A stretch of DNA of 64,000 nucleotides from Colwellia polaris. GTDB lineage: Archaea > Nanohalarchaeota > Nanosalinia > Nanosalinales > Nanosalinaceae. The stretch covers positions 65,638-129,637 of the forward strand of contig JBLGBK010000001.1 of assembly GCA_047617785.1 (NCBI GenBank), read 5' to 3'. Position 1 is the stretch's first letter. Each line of letters begins with the position of its first letter. The notes under the pieces are model-generated. The model was given only the letters and a program-made list of their open reading frames with translations. It was not told where the DNA came from and made no database searches. Below are positions 10,360 to 19,485 of the stretch, piece after piece. A program made the position numbers and the translations under genes.

Positions 10360-10774
10360 TATGAGCCTCCTCTATTAATCTGTCTTCATGCACAACCCCG
10401 ATTATTTCGCCATCTTCTTTTACCGGTAGCGATCGAAGATCTTCCCTATCCATTATAAAAGCCATTTCACCGGCTTCTTCGTCAGGCGGAACAGTTATAT
10501 CATGATTATTCATGAGATCCTCAGCTGTATCCGGAGAGTAGGATCCATCAAAGCCGAACCCCAGTATTCCGACAACTTTTTCCTCATCCAATCGATCCTG
10601 CGGAATTATGTCCTTAAGAAGTGTGGCTTCATGTATCTCTCCTACAAAGTCGCCGTTCTTCGTTACAATCAAGGTATTTTCCGATCCGTGGAAGTCTTCG
10701 ATAACTTGATCCATATCTGCGTCATGAGGAATATAGTCGGGTTCATCCATGATATCGCGGGCAGTAAGGACCAT
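10352..10774 (-). CDS. Stand-alone CBS-pair protein, overlapping the antiporter gene
   Basis: TARDIM, TAEDLM and LPV..GEIIGVV CBS signatures. Confidence 0.85.
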   Translation of the reverse strand: MVLTARDIMDEPDYIPHDADMDQVIEDFHGSENTLIVTKNGDFVGEIHEATLLKDIIPQDRLDEEKVVGILGFGFDGSYSPDTAEDLMNNHDITVPPDEEAGEMAFIMDREDLRSLPVKEDGEIIGVVHEDRLIEEAHNG

Positions 10775-10823
10775 AAACGAAAAAGGTAGTTAGCGGTATA
10801 AAAAGCATGTTATAGAATTTGGA

Positions 10824-10912
10824 CGCCGGGACTGGGATTTGAACCCAGGAGGGGCGGTATGCCCCACCGGTTCTCAAGACCGGCGCGTTCAACCAAACTC
10901 CGCCATCCCGGC
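10824..10912 (-). tRNA. tRNA-Ser (TGA), long variable arm
   Basis: GCCGGGA/TCCCGGC acceptor stem, anticodon arm CCGGT-CTTGAGA-ACCGG, GGTTCAAATCC T-arm. CCA is not encoded directly after the discriminator. Confidence 0.95.
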
Positions 10913-10953
10913 ACGTGCTATAGAACTGTTTTTTATGTTAAGTATCTTATAAC

Positions 10954-11134
10954 CTAGTCCTGTTTGACGCTTCTGTATCTTTCTCTGACTTCTTCAAAAA
11001 GCTGTTTTTCCGGTCTCGGTGTTAAGACGCTGTTCCGTGTATTCGAAGAATTCGTCCATGTCTCGTTCAGGCGATCTACGTACTTCATCTTTTACGTTGT
11101 ATGATTCAATCAGAAAGTCGATATCTTCAGGCAT
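10954..11134 (-). pseudogene. Small acidic ORF (~59 aa) apparently split by one extra base
   Basis: MPEDIDFLIESYNVKDEVRRSPERDMDEFFEYTEQRLNTET continues as EKQLFEEVRERYRSVKQD* in another frame. The span is 181 nt (60 codons + 1). Confidence 0.4.
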
Positions 11135-11143
11135 CACAATCAA

Positions 11144-12106
11144 TCACTGATTCCAGTTCTTTGGGTATGTTTGAGGATTCATGAATACTTTTTCCAGACT
11201 TGCTGCGGTACCGTCTTCTGCGCCATAAATGTCCTGTGCATTCATCTGAGCTTCCGCAAGCGCGACAAGTTCCCCTTTCAATGTCATGATTGCTACAGTT
11301 TCTTCTTCCTTGATTCCGTCCTGTAGTTTGCTGATGCCGTTGACACCGAGTTCCGCTCCGTTTGCTACTGCGTTTACTGCTGTGTCTTTGATCACCAGTT
11401 TTTTGATGTGATTTACTGCTTGTTCTATTGGCTGCAGGATATTTTCGAGTTCCTCGCCATCGTTGTCTTCAGCGTAGAAGTGGTATGCATCGACAACATC
11501 TTGAATAGTATGAGAATCCGAGATTTCAAGATCTCCCTGTTTTGTTCTACGGAGTTCCGTCATCTCTGCGTCAGTATCTAGTTCTTCGCCTAGTTGTTGA
11601 GCTAGTACGCGTACATAGAACCCTGATTCGCATTCAAGACGTACAAGCATCTTTTCTTCAGCTGCTTCGAGAAGTTCTGCTTCGTAAAGTTCTCGTTCGC
11701 GTGGTTCTTGTTTTACTGCGCTTTTATCCGGCGGCGTTTGAGTATTTGTTCCTTCGAATTCCTTGAGTGTTGTCAGGATTTTTTCTTCACTTATTTCTTC
11801 TCTCAGTTCTATCTCTGCGATGTATTCTTTTCGTGCTTTGGATAGTGCGTCGGCTATTTTCGTTCCCTGATTTATTCCTACAGGGAGAACGCCAGTTGCG
11901 TTGGGATCTAGTGTTCCAAAGTGGCCTGTCTTTTTACAGTCTAGTTCTTCTTTTATCCAGTGGCTGACCTGGTTGCTTGTAGGACCGTAAGGTTTGTCAA
12001 TTACTACAAATCCCTGTTCTAGAAGTTCTTCTGCTGTTCTACGGTGAGGAGGCTTGCCATATTCGGATTCTGGTTCTGCTTCCTCTTTAGTGTGCCACTG
12101 TACCAT
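11144..12106 (-). CDS. cbf5: Cbf5/TruB pseudouridine synthase with PUA domain
   Basis: IDKPYGPTS, GHFGTLDP, GFYVR and ELRRTK motifs. Confidence 0.95.
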   Translation of the reverse strand: MVQWHTKEEAEPESEYGKPPHRRTAEELLEQGFVVIDKPYGPTSNQVSHWIKEELDCKKTGHFGTLDPNATGVLPVGINQGTKIADALSKARKEYIAEIELREEISEEKILTTLKEFEGTNTQTPPDKSAVKQEPRERELYEAELLEAAEEKMLVRLECESGFYVRVLAQQLGEELDTDAEMTELRRTKQGDLEISDSHTIQDVVDAYHFYAEDNDGEELENILQPIEQAVNHIKKLVIKDTAVNAVANGAELGVNGISKLQDGIKEEETVAIMTLKGELVALAEAQMNAQDIYGAEDGTAASLEKVFMNPQTYPKNWNQ

Positions 12107-12141
12107 ACTTAGACTCTGATAAGAGACTTTTTAATTACTGA

Positions 12142-12870
12142 TTACTGTACGCCAAGTAGTTTTCTGAAAAGAATGCTCAGCGGCATCAGAATGATTATGT
12201 AGAATCCTAGCCAGTTCAGGGCAGTTCCTGCGAACGGTATTGAGAACGGTAGCTGGATGTACTCTGCAGATACTTTGAGACGGTATCCTTCAGCACTGGT
12301 AAGCCCTCCGCTCTGATACTTGAAATTATTGATTCTCCACTGTATACCATGTTGATGGAAAGCTCCGCCTTCACTGTATTCTTCTCCATCAATCCGTATC
12401 GATACATTGCCGGTAGTATTGTCAACTACTACGGGCGTGTTCTGCTGTGCGTACGTGAAGTTGCCTTCAAACACACCGGTATTGTTGCCTGTCTGCTGTA
12501 GTTCAACAGCTGGTGCGTATGTTGCACCAAGCCATGGGAATAGGAGTGCTACGAAGACCATTGTTGCTATTGATGGCTTGAAGTTTACCATCATGAATTT
12601 CCTGTTTAGCTCAAAGGTCTTCTTCATATGTTCGGAAGCGTCCTTGTTTTCATCTTTCTGTGCTTCCTTCATTTTTTCCTGCTGTTTGTCAAGCTTCTCC
12701 TTGATCTCATCTCTTTTTTCTTTGTCAAGGAATAACCAGTAGAGAAGTGAGAATATTACAGCCAGTCCTGCTGCTATTACTCCCAGACTAATGTAGGGGC
12801 CTTGCGCCAGTAATGGCTGGAAAATAGCATCGTAGAACCCGAATAGGGTTGTGAGTATTGAGTAGATCAT
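12142..12870 (-). CDS. DUF106 / EMC3-TMCO1 (Oxa1 superfamily) membrane insertase-like protein
   Basis: TM, coiled coil, FKP..T, TM, and WLGFYI..S..RKLLG. Lies immediately after secY as in other archaea. Confidence 0.85.
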   Translation of the reverse strand: MIYSILTTLFGFYDAIFQPLLAQGPYISLGVIAAGLAVIFSLLYWLFLDKEKRDEIKEKLDKQQEKMKEAQKDENKDASEHMKKTFELNRKFMMVNFKPSIATMVFVALLFPWLGATYAPAVELQQTGNNTGVFEGNFTYAQQNTPVVVDNTTGNVSIRIDGEEYSEGGAFHQHGIQWRINNFKYQSGGLTSAEGYRLKVSAEYIQLPFSIPFAGTALNWLGFYIIILMPLSILFRKLLGVQ

Positions 12871-12911
12871 AAGGATTTTTTGGTGTGTAATGAATTAAGA
12901 TGCGATGGTTT

Positions 12912-14309
12912 TTATGTCTGGAAGAAGTCTCCAAGTGCCGGATGGATTTCTTCCAGTTGTTTCTGTGCTAGCTGTTCGTACATTCTGTAGATAATCATAA
13001 CTGTTAGCAGGATTCCTGTTCCTCCTCCTGCTGCCTGCGTCATGTTTGCTGATGCTGCTAGCAGCCCCATTGTTGCCCCGGATAGCACGGTTAGGCCGGG
13101 AATGTATCGGTCGAGTACTTTTTTGATGACTCTACTATCTTTTCTGAATCCAGGAACTTTCATACCTGTTTCGCTGATCTGCTCTGCTACGCTCTGTGAA
13201 TCCTGGCCGCTTGTGCGTGCCCAGAAGATTGAGAATACTGTTGAGCCTACCATGTAGACTGCTAGGTAGAAGAAGATATGGAATACGTCCATTGCTCCTA
13301 CTGCTGCGATACCTCCTGAGATAAGGTTTTCTATTACCCCTGTAGGTGCGTTCAGATAGGATGCGAATCCGGATTGTGCTTGTCCGTTGCTGAATGTTCC
13401 TAGGATACTTGTTCCGTTTCCGTTTACCAATGTGCTTCCTACAATCTGTACGTTTGCGATTATTGCACCTACGAAGATGATTGGCATTACACTTGTGTAG
13501 AGGAATTTAAGCGGCCATTTCTGTCCGAACCCTCTAACATTTCCGAAGGTTAGTGGGATTTCTACCCTCATTGACTGTAGGTATACTGCTACTGCGAATA
13601 CGATCAGAGTAGCGAGCGCAGGTAGGAGAGCTGAAGGCTCGAGATTGACTGCGAAGTTGATTATAGCTCCTACTGGGTTGCCGTCTACTTGCCAGAATAG
13701 GTCTTGGCTTTCTGTTAATGGACTGATTAGTCCTACGATTATCTGTTTAGATACTCCTGCTGCAATAAACAGGCTGACTCCCTGTCCGAATCCCCATTTC
13801 TTCACTAGATCATCCATCAATATGATGAGTACCCCTCCTAGTGCGATCTGGCCTGTGATAAGTGCTATTACAGAGGTAGATAGAGATCCAATGTTTCCAA
13901 AGGTCCCGCTTAGTACGTATCCTAGAGCCATGAAGAGTGTGAGCCCGTAGGCTAGTAGTTTCTGTGCGGACTGGAACTTGAGTTGTCCTTCATCAGTATT
14001 TGTATTCCATGGGAGTACATCACTTCCTACAAGCATCTGCAGGACGATTGAAGCAGTAATTATCGGTGTAATTCCGAGCGTAAGTATTGTTCCGATTTGT
14101 GCTCCGACAAGCGTCTGGAATTGCTGTAGCTGGCCGAGTGCGCCCGATGCTATAGTGCTTCCGCCGGTGAATACAGGTATAGAACTTAGTAGGAAGTACA
14201 GGATAAGTACGATTCCTGTCCAGGTAAGCATTTGTTTAAGTGTCTGTTCTTTTTCTGGTTCAGTTACTGTTGGAAGATACTGTGCTGCTTTGACTAGTGT
14301 TTCAGACAT
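12912..14309 (-). CDS. secY: Preprotein translocase SecY
   Basis: LGITPIITASIVLQ, KWGFGQGVSLFI, PLKFLYTSVMP, PGFR and GTGILLTV motifs. Confidence 0.98.
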   Translation of the reverse strand: MSETLVKAAQYLPTVTEPEKEQTLKQMLTWTGIVLILYFLLSSIPVFTGGSTIASGALGQLQQFQTLVGAQIGTILTLGITPIITASIVLQMLVGSDVLPWNTNTDEGQLKFQSAQKLLAYGLTLFMALGYVLSGTFGNIGSLSTSVIALITGQIALGGVLIILMDDLVKKWGFGQGVSLFIAAGVSKQIIVGLISPLTESQDLFWQVDGNPVGAIINFAVNLEPSALLPALATLIVFAVAVYLQSMRVEIPLTFGNVRGFGQKWPLKFLYTSVMPIIFVGAIIANVQIVGSTLVNGNGTSILGTFSNGQAQSGFASYLNAPTGVIENLISGGIAAVGAMDVFHIFFYLAVYMVGSTVFSIFWARTSGQDSQSVAEQISETGMKVPGFRKDSRVIKKVLDRYIPGLTVLSGATMGLLAASANMTQAAGGGTGILLTVMIIYRMYEQLAQKQLEEIHPALGDFFQT

Positions 14310-14396
14310 CGTTTGATTCGCTCCTTAATTTTATTGTTAGGACAGGAATAACAAAGAGTGTTGTGTTGTAAATAATTAATTAGGGGCGAGGGTTTT

Positions 14397-14825
14397 TTAC
14401 TCCTCTGCCTTTATTGCTGTGCCTTCGCCATCTTCGATTTTTTCTTCAGCTCTGCTTGAGAACTTTGGTGCGTGAATCTCTATATCTCTGGTGAGATGGC
14501 CTTTGGCTAGGACTTTCTCGTAGCCGAGATCTTCAAGATCGACTTTATAGCCGTCTTCGGTTTCTTCAGCTAGTCCTTCTTCAACCAGTCTTTCAATTTG
14601 CTGGTCGATATCTCGAAGGTTAATCCCTGTCTGATCTTCTTTACGAGAGTTAAATCCTCGTTCTCCTAGTTGGTGGACGCCGTCTTTGGTCATTTTTTCG
14701 TGCTTTGCTTTCTTTCCGCGTCCTGCGTTTCCTCGGCCTCCTCGGTGGCCTGCGCCTCTGTTTTTCTTGCTGCTTCCATGTCCGTGACTTCCGGACTTCT
14801 TCTTCTTGGATCTTCTGTTTGTCAT
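14397..14825 (-). CDS. rpl15: 50S ribosomal protein uL15
   Basis: HGHG..K.RGAGHRGGRGNAG motif and operon position. Confidence 0.95.
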   Translation of the reverse strand: MTNRRSKKKKSGSHGHGSSKKNRGAGHRGGRGNAGRGKKAKHEKMTKDGVHQLGERGFNSRKEDQTGINLRDIDQQIERLVEEGLAEETEDGYKVDLEDLGYEKVLAKGHLTRDIEIHAPKFSSRAEEKIEDGEGTAIKAEE

Positions 14826-14838
14826 TTGTTTATCACCT

Positions 14839-15186
14839 CTAGATCATTTTCTCCAGTAGTTCATCTAGGTTTTCTCGCTCTCCAAGCGCTCCACCCTGGT
14901 TTACGTTTCTCTTAGTGTCTCTGAAGCCTCCGGATGGAGGTGCAAGGTTGATTACGGTTCCGTGTTCAACTTGGACTTCTTTGGATTCTTCGATTGCTTC
15001 TACTGTTTCATCGCTGATTTCTCCGTAGGTGATGAAGTCTTTTGCCTGATTGAACATTCCTTTGATCGCTTCTTCGTCTTCGTAGATTACGCACTGGTTT
15101 CTTTTTTCTAGGTTAAGGTTGTGCATTGTTGTCTGTGTCTTGTGAGGGACGTCGTGTGTTCCTCGTACTCTGATTGCTGCTATCAC
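14839..15186 (-). CDS. rpl30: 50S ribosomal protein uL30
   Basis: IAAIRVRG..L.PP.GG..G.LG motifs and position. Confidence 0.93.
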   Translation of the reverse strand: MIAAIRVRGTHDVPHKTQTTMHNLNLEKRNQCVIYEDEEAIKGMFNQAKDFITYGEISDETVEAIEESKEVQVEHGTVINLAPPSGGFRDTKRNVNQGGALGERENLDELLEKMI

Positions 15187-15854
15187 TGTTTTTCACCTTT
15201 GTATTCTCCGATCTTTTTGAGTGCGTTGAATGTTGCTTTGATCAGGTTTTCTCGTGTACGTGTCTGGCCTCTGCTTTCTACCCAGACGTCTTCGAAACCT
15301 GCTAGTTCCAGGATTTTCTTGGTATCGTCACTTGCTGCGATCCCAATTCCCTTAGGTGCTGGTTTGAGTTCCACTTCTACGCTTCCAGATTTACCTGTTA
15401 TCTTGAATGGTACGCTGTGGTCGGTTCCGCATGCGCATTCCCAGCTTCCACATCCGCTGCTTACTTCGATAAGGTTGAGCTTTGCTTTACGGTTGGCGTC
15501 TTCGATCGCTGCTCTTGTGTCATCTGCTTCCCCCATTCCTAGGCCAATGATTCCGTTTCTGTTTCCTAGCACGGTCATGGATTTGGTGTTGTATCTTTCT
15601 CCTGATTTGTGCATTCTGCAGGTTCTTTTGGAGACTGTTCTTCTTTTTCCTCCTCCTTTTCCTGGAGTTCCTCCGATGAGGATTACTTCTTCTTCAAGGT
15701 CGACTAATTGGTCGACAAGCCCTGTTTCCATGATTTCTCGGTCATGGTTGAGTGCCTCTCTAATAGTAGTTACTTGTCCTTTTGCAACCTGTCGTCCTAG
15801 TTTGGTCTTTGGTTTCCAGACTTCTTCCTGTTCTTGTTCGGTTTGTTGTGCCAT
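15183..15854 (-). CDS. rps5: 30S ribosomal protein uS5
   Basis: WKPKTKLG, GCGSWEC.CG..HS and L.PAP.G.G motifs. Confidence 0.96.
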   Translation of the reverse strand: MAQQTEQEQEEVWKPKTKLGRQVAKGQVTTIREALNHDREIMETGLVDQLVDLEEEVILIGGTPGKGGGKRRTVSKRTCRMHKSGERYNTKSMTVLGNRNGIIGLGMGEADDTRAAIEDANRKAKLNLIEVSSGCGSWECACGTDHSVPFKITGKSGSVEVELKPAPKGIGIAASDDTKKILELAGFEDVWVESRGQTRTRENLIKATFNALKKIGEYKGEKQ

Positions 15855-15860
15855 CTTATA

Positions 15861-16370
15861 TCACTCGTATTCGTCGTCAATGTTTTCAATGGTTTTATCG
15901 AACTGTTCTGGAACATTCTTTCCTGTCATTTCTTCGATGTGTTCTCCCCGGATTCGTTCTTCTGCTGGGAAGATTCCCTCGCCTGCTGGTACTTCAAGTC
16001 CGCCGTCGATCAGTCCTTTGAGTGCGGCGTATTCTCTGCTTCCTTGTTTCGGTGTCTTGAGACCTAGGTCTAGGATTGCTTCGTTGCTGTCAGCTTTCTT
16101 TGCTGCTAGGTATCCTGTCAGGTATGCTGCCGGAAGGTTTCCTGTGTGCTGAGTCCATCCGTACTCGCGGAGATGCTTGCTTGTTGTCTGTGCTGTGTTT
16201 TCGTCTCCTCCTTCGTTGTAATGTGCGAGTTGTACGGTTGTGTGTTGGTTTGATGTTCTTACTACTGCTCGTGGTTTGCCTGATTTCAGAAGTTTTAGTC
16301 GCTGTTTGTAGTCTGTTTTCTGTTCTCTTCGTCTTCTGAAAGGAAGGTTAAAGTTTGTTGAATCTGCCAT
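15861..16370 (-). CDS. rpl18: 50S ribosomal protein uL18
   Basis: RRRRE.KTDY..RL and GNLPAAYLTG motifs. Confidence 0.96.
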   Translation of the reverse strand: MADSTNFNLPFRRRREQKTDYKQRLKLLKSGKPRAVVRTSNQHTTVQLAHYNEGGDENTAQTTSKHLREYGWTQHTGNLPAAYLTGYLAAKKADSNEAILDLGLKTPKQGSREYAALKGLIDGGLEVPAGEGIFPAEERIRGEHIEEMTGKNVPEQFDKTIENIDDEYE

Positions 16371-16377
16371 TATTGTT

Positions 16378-16821
16378 TCACTGCTCCATCTTGTTTGCTA
16401 CATGGTTTTCTAGGTGGTTTGTGTCTCGGAAGAATCCTCCTTTGCTCATATCGTAGAGCTTACGGTATTCTTCCTGTGTGATCTCGTCGTTGTCTCTCAT
16501 TTCTTTGAGACGGCTTCTGATTGCCCGGATTTTCTCCATCCATTTGTCCTTATCGCTTTTTCTTGCGGACTTCTTTCCTTTTCTGCTTCCCTGGCCTTTT
16601 CGCTGTCCTTTCTTTTTCTGTTGCTTGATCTTTTTGCTTCGGGCGTTGGAGGTTCCTTTTTCGTCTCTTTTCTGGATTGCTCCTCCTTCGATCAGGTTTC
16701 TGATGTCGTTTCGTGTGATTGCTTCTGATACTTCTTCCTGTTCGTCAGGGTTGATGTAGATCCGGTTTTCTCCTACATCTAGGATTTCTGCTGCCATTCG
16801 TTTCTGGTTTTTGAGATCCAT
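16378..16821 (-). CDS. rpl19e: 50S ribosomal protein eL19
   Basis: QKRMAA.IL..G..R, AITR.DIR.LI, G.GSRKG and W...IR motifs. Confidence 0.96.
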   Translation of the reverse strand: MDLKNQKRMAAEILDVGENRIYINPDEQEEVSEAITRNDIRNLIEGGAIQKRDEKGTSNARSKKIKQQKKKGQRKGQGSRKGKKSARKSDKDKWMEKIRAIRSRLKEMRDNDEITQEEYRKLYDMSKGGFFRDTNHLENHVANKMEQ

Positions 16822-17153
16822 TATTCTTGGTCACCTGAGTTGAGGACTTTGATATCCTGTTCTTCTGCTTTTTCGATTATCTGTGCTTTTTTACGTCCGC
16901 CGACGGTGCTTGCGACTCGTGCTGCTTCTGTTTCTGAGTCTATGTCGTCAAGATCTGCTGGTCGGTTGACGAGTTTTTCTTCGTATCCTGAAGGATGTAG
17001 TCCTCTCTGGCTTTTTGCTGTTCTGCGTCCAACTTTTGGAAGTTTTACTGCTCCTTTCTTCTCTAGTCGTGCACGTGAGTGCTTTCCTGTTGGTCGTCTC
17101 CAGGAGGTGTTCTTCAGTTTGCTTTTCTTGTGTTTGTCTTCTCTATTTTTCAT
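16821..17153 (-). CDS. rpl32e: 50S ribosomal protein eL32
   Basis: WRRP.G.HS..R and RGLHPSG motifs. Confidence 0.95.
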   Translation of the reverse strand: MKNREDKHKKSKLKNTSWRRPTGKHSRARLEKKGAVKLPKVGRRTAKSQRGLHPSGYEEKLVNRPADLDDIDSETEAARVASTVGGRKKAQIIEKAEEQDIKVLNSGDQE

Positions 17154-17680
17154 TATTGTTCATCCTCCACATTTGTGATGTAGATTCCGTCTTGGAATGT
17201 TCTTGGATCGCGGTTTCCTTTCTTGGATAGTTGTTCGATCCGTGCTGCTGTCTGGCTTGCTGCTTCTTTGCTTGGACTGGTTACTGTGATTTCTTCGCCG
17301 TCGATCTGTACTTCGGCGTTGTCCATGATTTCTGCTTCTCTTGGCTTGCGTTCTCCCATAAAGTTTTCTACTTTGACTGTGTTTCCTTCTTTCTTCAGTG
17401 TCATTGGGAAGTGTGCGTAAACAGCTTTGAGTTCGTATTTGTGAGGGTTTTCGAGTCCTTTTACCATGTTCTGTACATGGCTTCTGAAGGATTTGACGAT
17501 GCTTGTAACGTTTCGTTTGTCTGTTTCTGTGCTGATTTCTATTTCATCGTCTTTTACTTCGACTTGTACTCTTGCGTGGCTTAGTTCTTTTTCTACTTCT
17601 GTGCCGTTCTGGCTTAGTTTGAGTACTTCGTCTTTGTATTCTGCGTCTACTGCTTCTGGTAGGTTGACTGTTTCTTTCAT
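17153..17680 (-). CDS. rpl6: 50S ribosomal protein uL6
   Basis: YAHFPM, NFMGE..PR and RDPR.FQDGIYI motifs. Confidence 0.96.
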   Translation of the reverse strand: MKETVNLPEAVDAEYKDEVLKLSQNGTEVEKELSHARVQVEVKDDEIEISTETDKRNVTSIVKSFRSHVQNMVKGLENPHKYELKAVYAHFPMTLKKEGNTVKVENFMGERKPREAEIMDNAEVQIDGEEITVTSPSKEAASQTAARIEQLSKKGNRDPRTFQDGIYITNVEDEQ

Positions 17681-17692
17681 TTCTGGATCACT

Positions 17693-18082
17693 CTAGTAGA
17701 CATAGCCGAGGAGTTTTCCACCGTGGTTCTCCTCTATTGCTTTTTCGTGGGTTTTGATGCCTTTCGGCGTGGTGACTATCAGGTGTCCGAAGTTTCGGGC
17801 TGGCAGGTATCTTTTTGCCCATTTGTCGTATTCGTCTACCTGTGTTGGGAAGTTTGGTTTGATCGGTCGGCATTGGTTGAGGTTGTTTGTTACTTCTACT
17901 CTGAATTGGTCTCCTTGGCCGTCTTCGATCAGTTCGAATACGCCGATGTAGTCCAGTTTCTGTAGCTGGATTAGTACTTGTTTGATGGTTTCTGTTGCTG
18001 GTTCGATTTTTGCGTATTCGCGATCTTGCTGTACTGCGTTGTTGATGCTTGATAGTGCGTCGCTGAGTGGGTCTTGCTTCAT
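17693..18082 (-). CDS. rps8: 30S ribosomal protein uS8
   Basis: DPL.DALS.I.N, YLPA..FG.LIVTT..G and GG.LLGYVY. ATG chosen after an AGGTGA Shine-Dalgarno sequence. Confidence 0.95.
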   Translation of the reverse strand: MKQDPLSDALSSINNAVQQDREYAKIEPATETIKQVLIQLQKLDYIGVFELIEDGQGDQFRVEVTNNLNQCRPIKPNFPTQVDEYDKWAKRYLPARNFGHLIVTTPKGIKTHEKAIEENHGGKLLGYVY

Positions 18083-18094
18083 CTTTTTGGTCAC

Positions 18095-18319
18095 CTATTT
18101 GAGTTGTTCAAATCCTAGGTCTTCTGCGATTTCTCGGAAGCATTGTCTACAGTAGTCAAGTCCGTATTTGCTGATTACTCCTCTGCCTGTTCTTCCGCAT
18201 CTTCTGCATTCTTTCTTGGATTTTCCGAAGTCTTTTTCCTTCGGTACGTTGTGTTTTTCGAATTTCTTTCGTTTTCCTGCTTTGTGGCTGATCTGGTCGA
18301 GTATTTCTTCGTATCCCAT
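18095..18319 (-). CDS. rps14: 30S ribosomal protein uS14 (Zn-binding)
   Basis: CRRCG...KYGL..CRQCFRE motif. Confidence 0.95.
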   Translation of the reverse strand: MGYEEILDQISHKAGKRKKFEKHNVPKEKDFGKSKKECRRCGRTGRGVISKYGLDYCRQCFREIAEDLGFEQLK

Positions 18320-18828
18320 TATTCTACCACCTCTGCGCCTAGTTCTTCTTCTACAAATTCTTGGGCGTCTTCTTCGTCGACTCTATGGTCTTTTCCTAGT
18401 TCTCCAGGCTTGTGGTGTCGCTGTTTGACTCTGTAACCAGGTCTTTCTAGCTTGACGTTCACTTCAAATCCTTTCATGCCGATGTCTGCGTCGTAGTCCA
18501 TTCCTGGTACGTCGATGTATTCAGAGACTCCGAATCCGAAGTTTCCGTTGTCATCGAAGCTTCTTGCATCTATCTGGTTGTCTACTGCAGGAAGGATTTT
18601 TTCTAGGAAGTCTCGTGCTTCATCTCCTCTGAGTGTTACTTTGGCTCCTATGTTGAGTCCCTCTCTGAGCCCGAATGTCTTGCTTGTTTCTCCTGACTCT
18701 GTTCTTACTGGTTCTCTTCCTGTCAGTTTTTCGATTAGGTCGTATGCTTTTTCTACTCCGTCTCCGACCTGTCCTTCTGCGATGTTTACTGTTACTTTTG
18801 CGATGTGTACCTGCTTCATTTCATTCAT
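18319..18828 (-). CDS. rpl5: 50S ribosomal protein uL5
   Basis: [22 protein letters not shown] and RPGYRV motifs. Confidence 0.96.
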   Translation of the reverse strand: MNEMKQVHIAKVTVNIAEGQVGDGVEKAYDLIEKLTGREPVRTESGETSKTFGLREGLNIGAKVTLRGDEARDFLEKILPAVDNQIDARSFDDNGNFGFGVSEYIDVPGMDYDADIGMKGFEVNVKLERPGYRVKQRHHKPGELGKDHRVDEEDAQEFVEEELGAEVVE

Positions 18829-19481
18829 TGTGCATCACCTAGGTCTAGGCCTGTTGTTGCTACCAGGTATTCTAGTCGTGTGTCGAACTCTTCGCCGTTG
18901 CTTACTGTGGCTGTGTCAGGGTTGATGCCCTGTCTGACTATATCTTGTAGTTCTCCTGTTTTTCCAGCGTGTTTTCCATCTGTTACTAGTACCTGTGCTC
19001 CTTCTTCAAGTACCGCTTCTTCTCCGTCGTTGAGCCGGAGTGTGTTTCCTACAGTGTATTCTTCACTTGTTCTGTAATTTTCTCCGTTGTGAAGATGGTA
19101 TACGTATTCCTTCCCTTCGTCTTTCTTTCCTGTGATCTTTGCTACTAACTCATCACTTTCTGTTTCTAGGAACTCTAGCCTGTTCTTCTTTTTGACTACC
19201 CGGAATTTTTCTTCTGCGTCAGGTAGTTCGATGAGGTCTAGGTTGCCTACTCCTTCTCGGACGTCTCCTACTTCTTCGTTGTTTCTGAGTAGTTGTCCGT
19301 TTCGGATGATTTCTTTTGCTTCTTTTTTGGTTTCTGCGTAGTTTGTTACATCTCGTAGGAATACTAGTGCCGGAATGGCATCTGTATTCTTTCTTGAACC
19401 TGTAATGGTTGTGATGTAGGTCTGATCCTTTCTCTGGATAGGATAATGTCGTGGTGCTGAAAGTCGTTTTTGATGTGTCAT
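18825..19481 (-). CDS. rps4e: 30S ribosomal protein eS4
   Basis: HQKRLSAP..Y.I.RK and GKHAG.TG. Start placed at MTHQK after a GGAG SD sequence. Confidence 0.93.
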   Translation of the reverse strand: MTHQKRLSAPRHYPIQRKDQTYITTITGSRKNTDAIPALVFLRDVTNYAETKKEAKEIIRNGQLLRNNEEVGDVREGVGNLDLIELPDAEEKFRVVKKKNRLEFLETESDELVAKITGKKDEGKEYVYHLHNGENYRTSEEYTVGNTLRLNDGEEAVLEEGAQVLVTDGKHAGKTGELQDIVRQGINPDTATVSNGEEFDTRLEYLVATTGLDLGDAQ

Positions 19482-19485
19482 CGGT

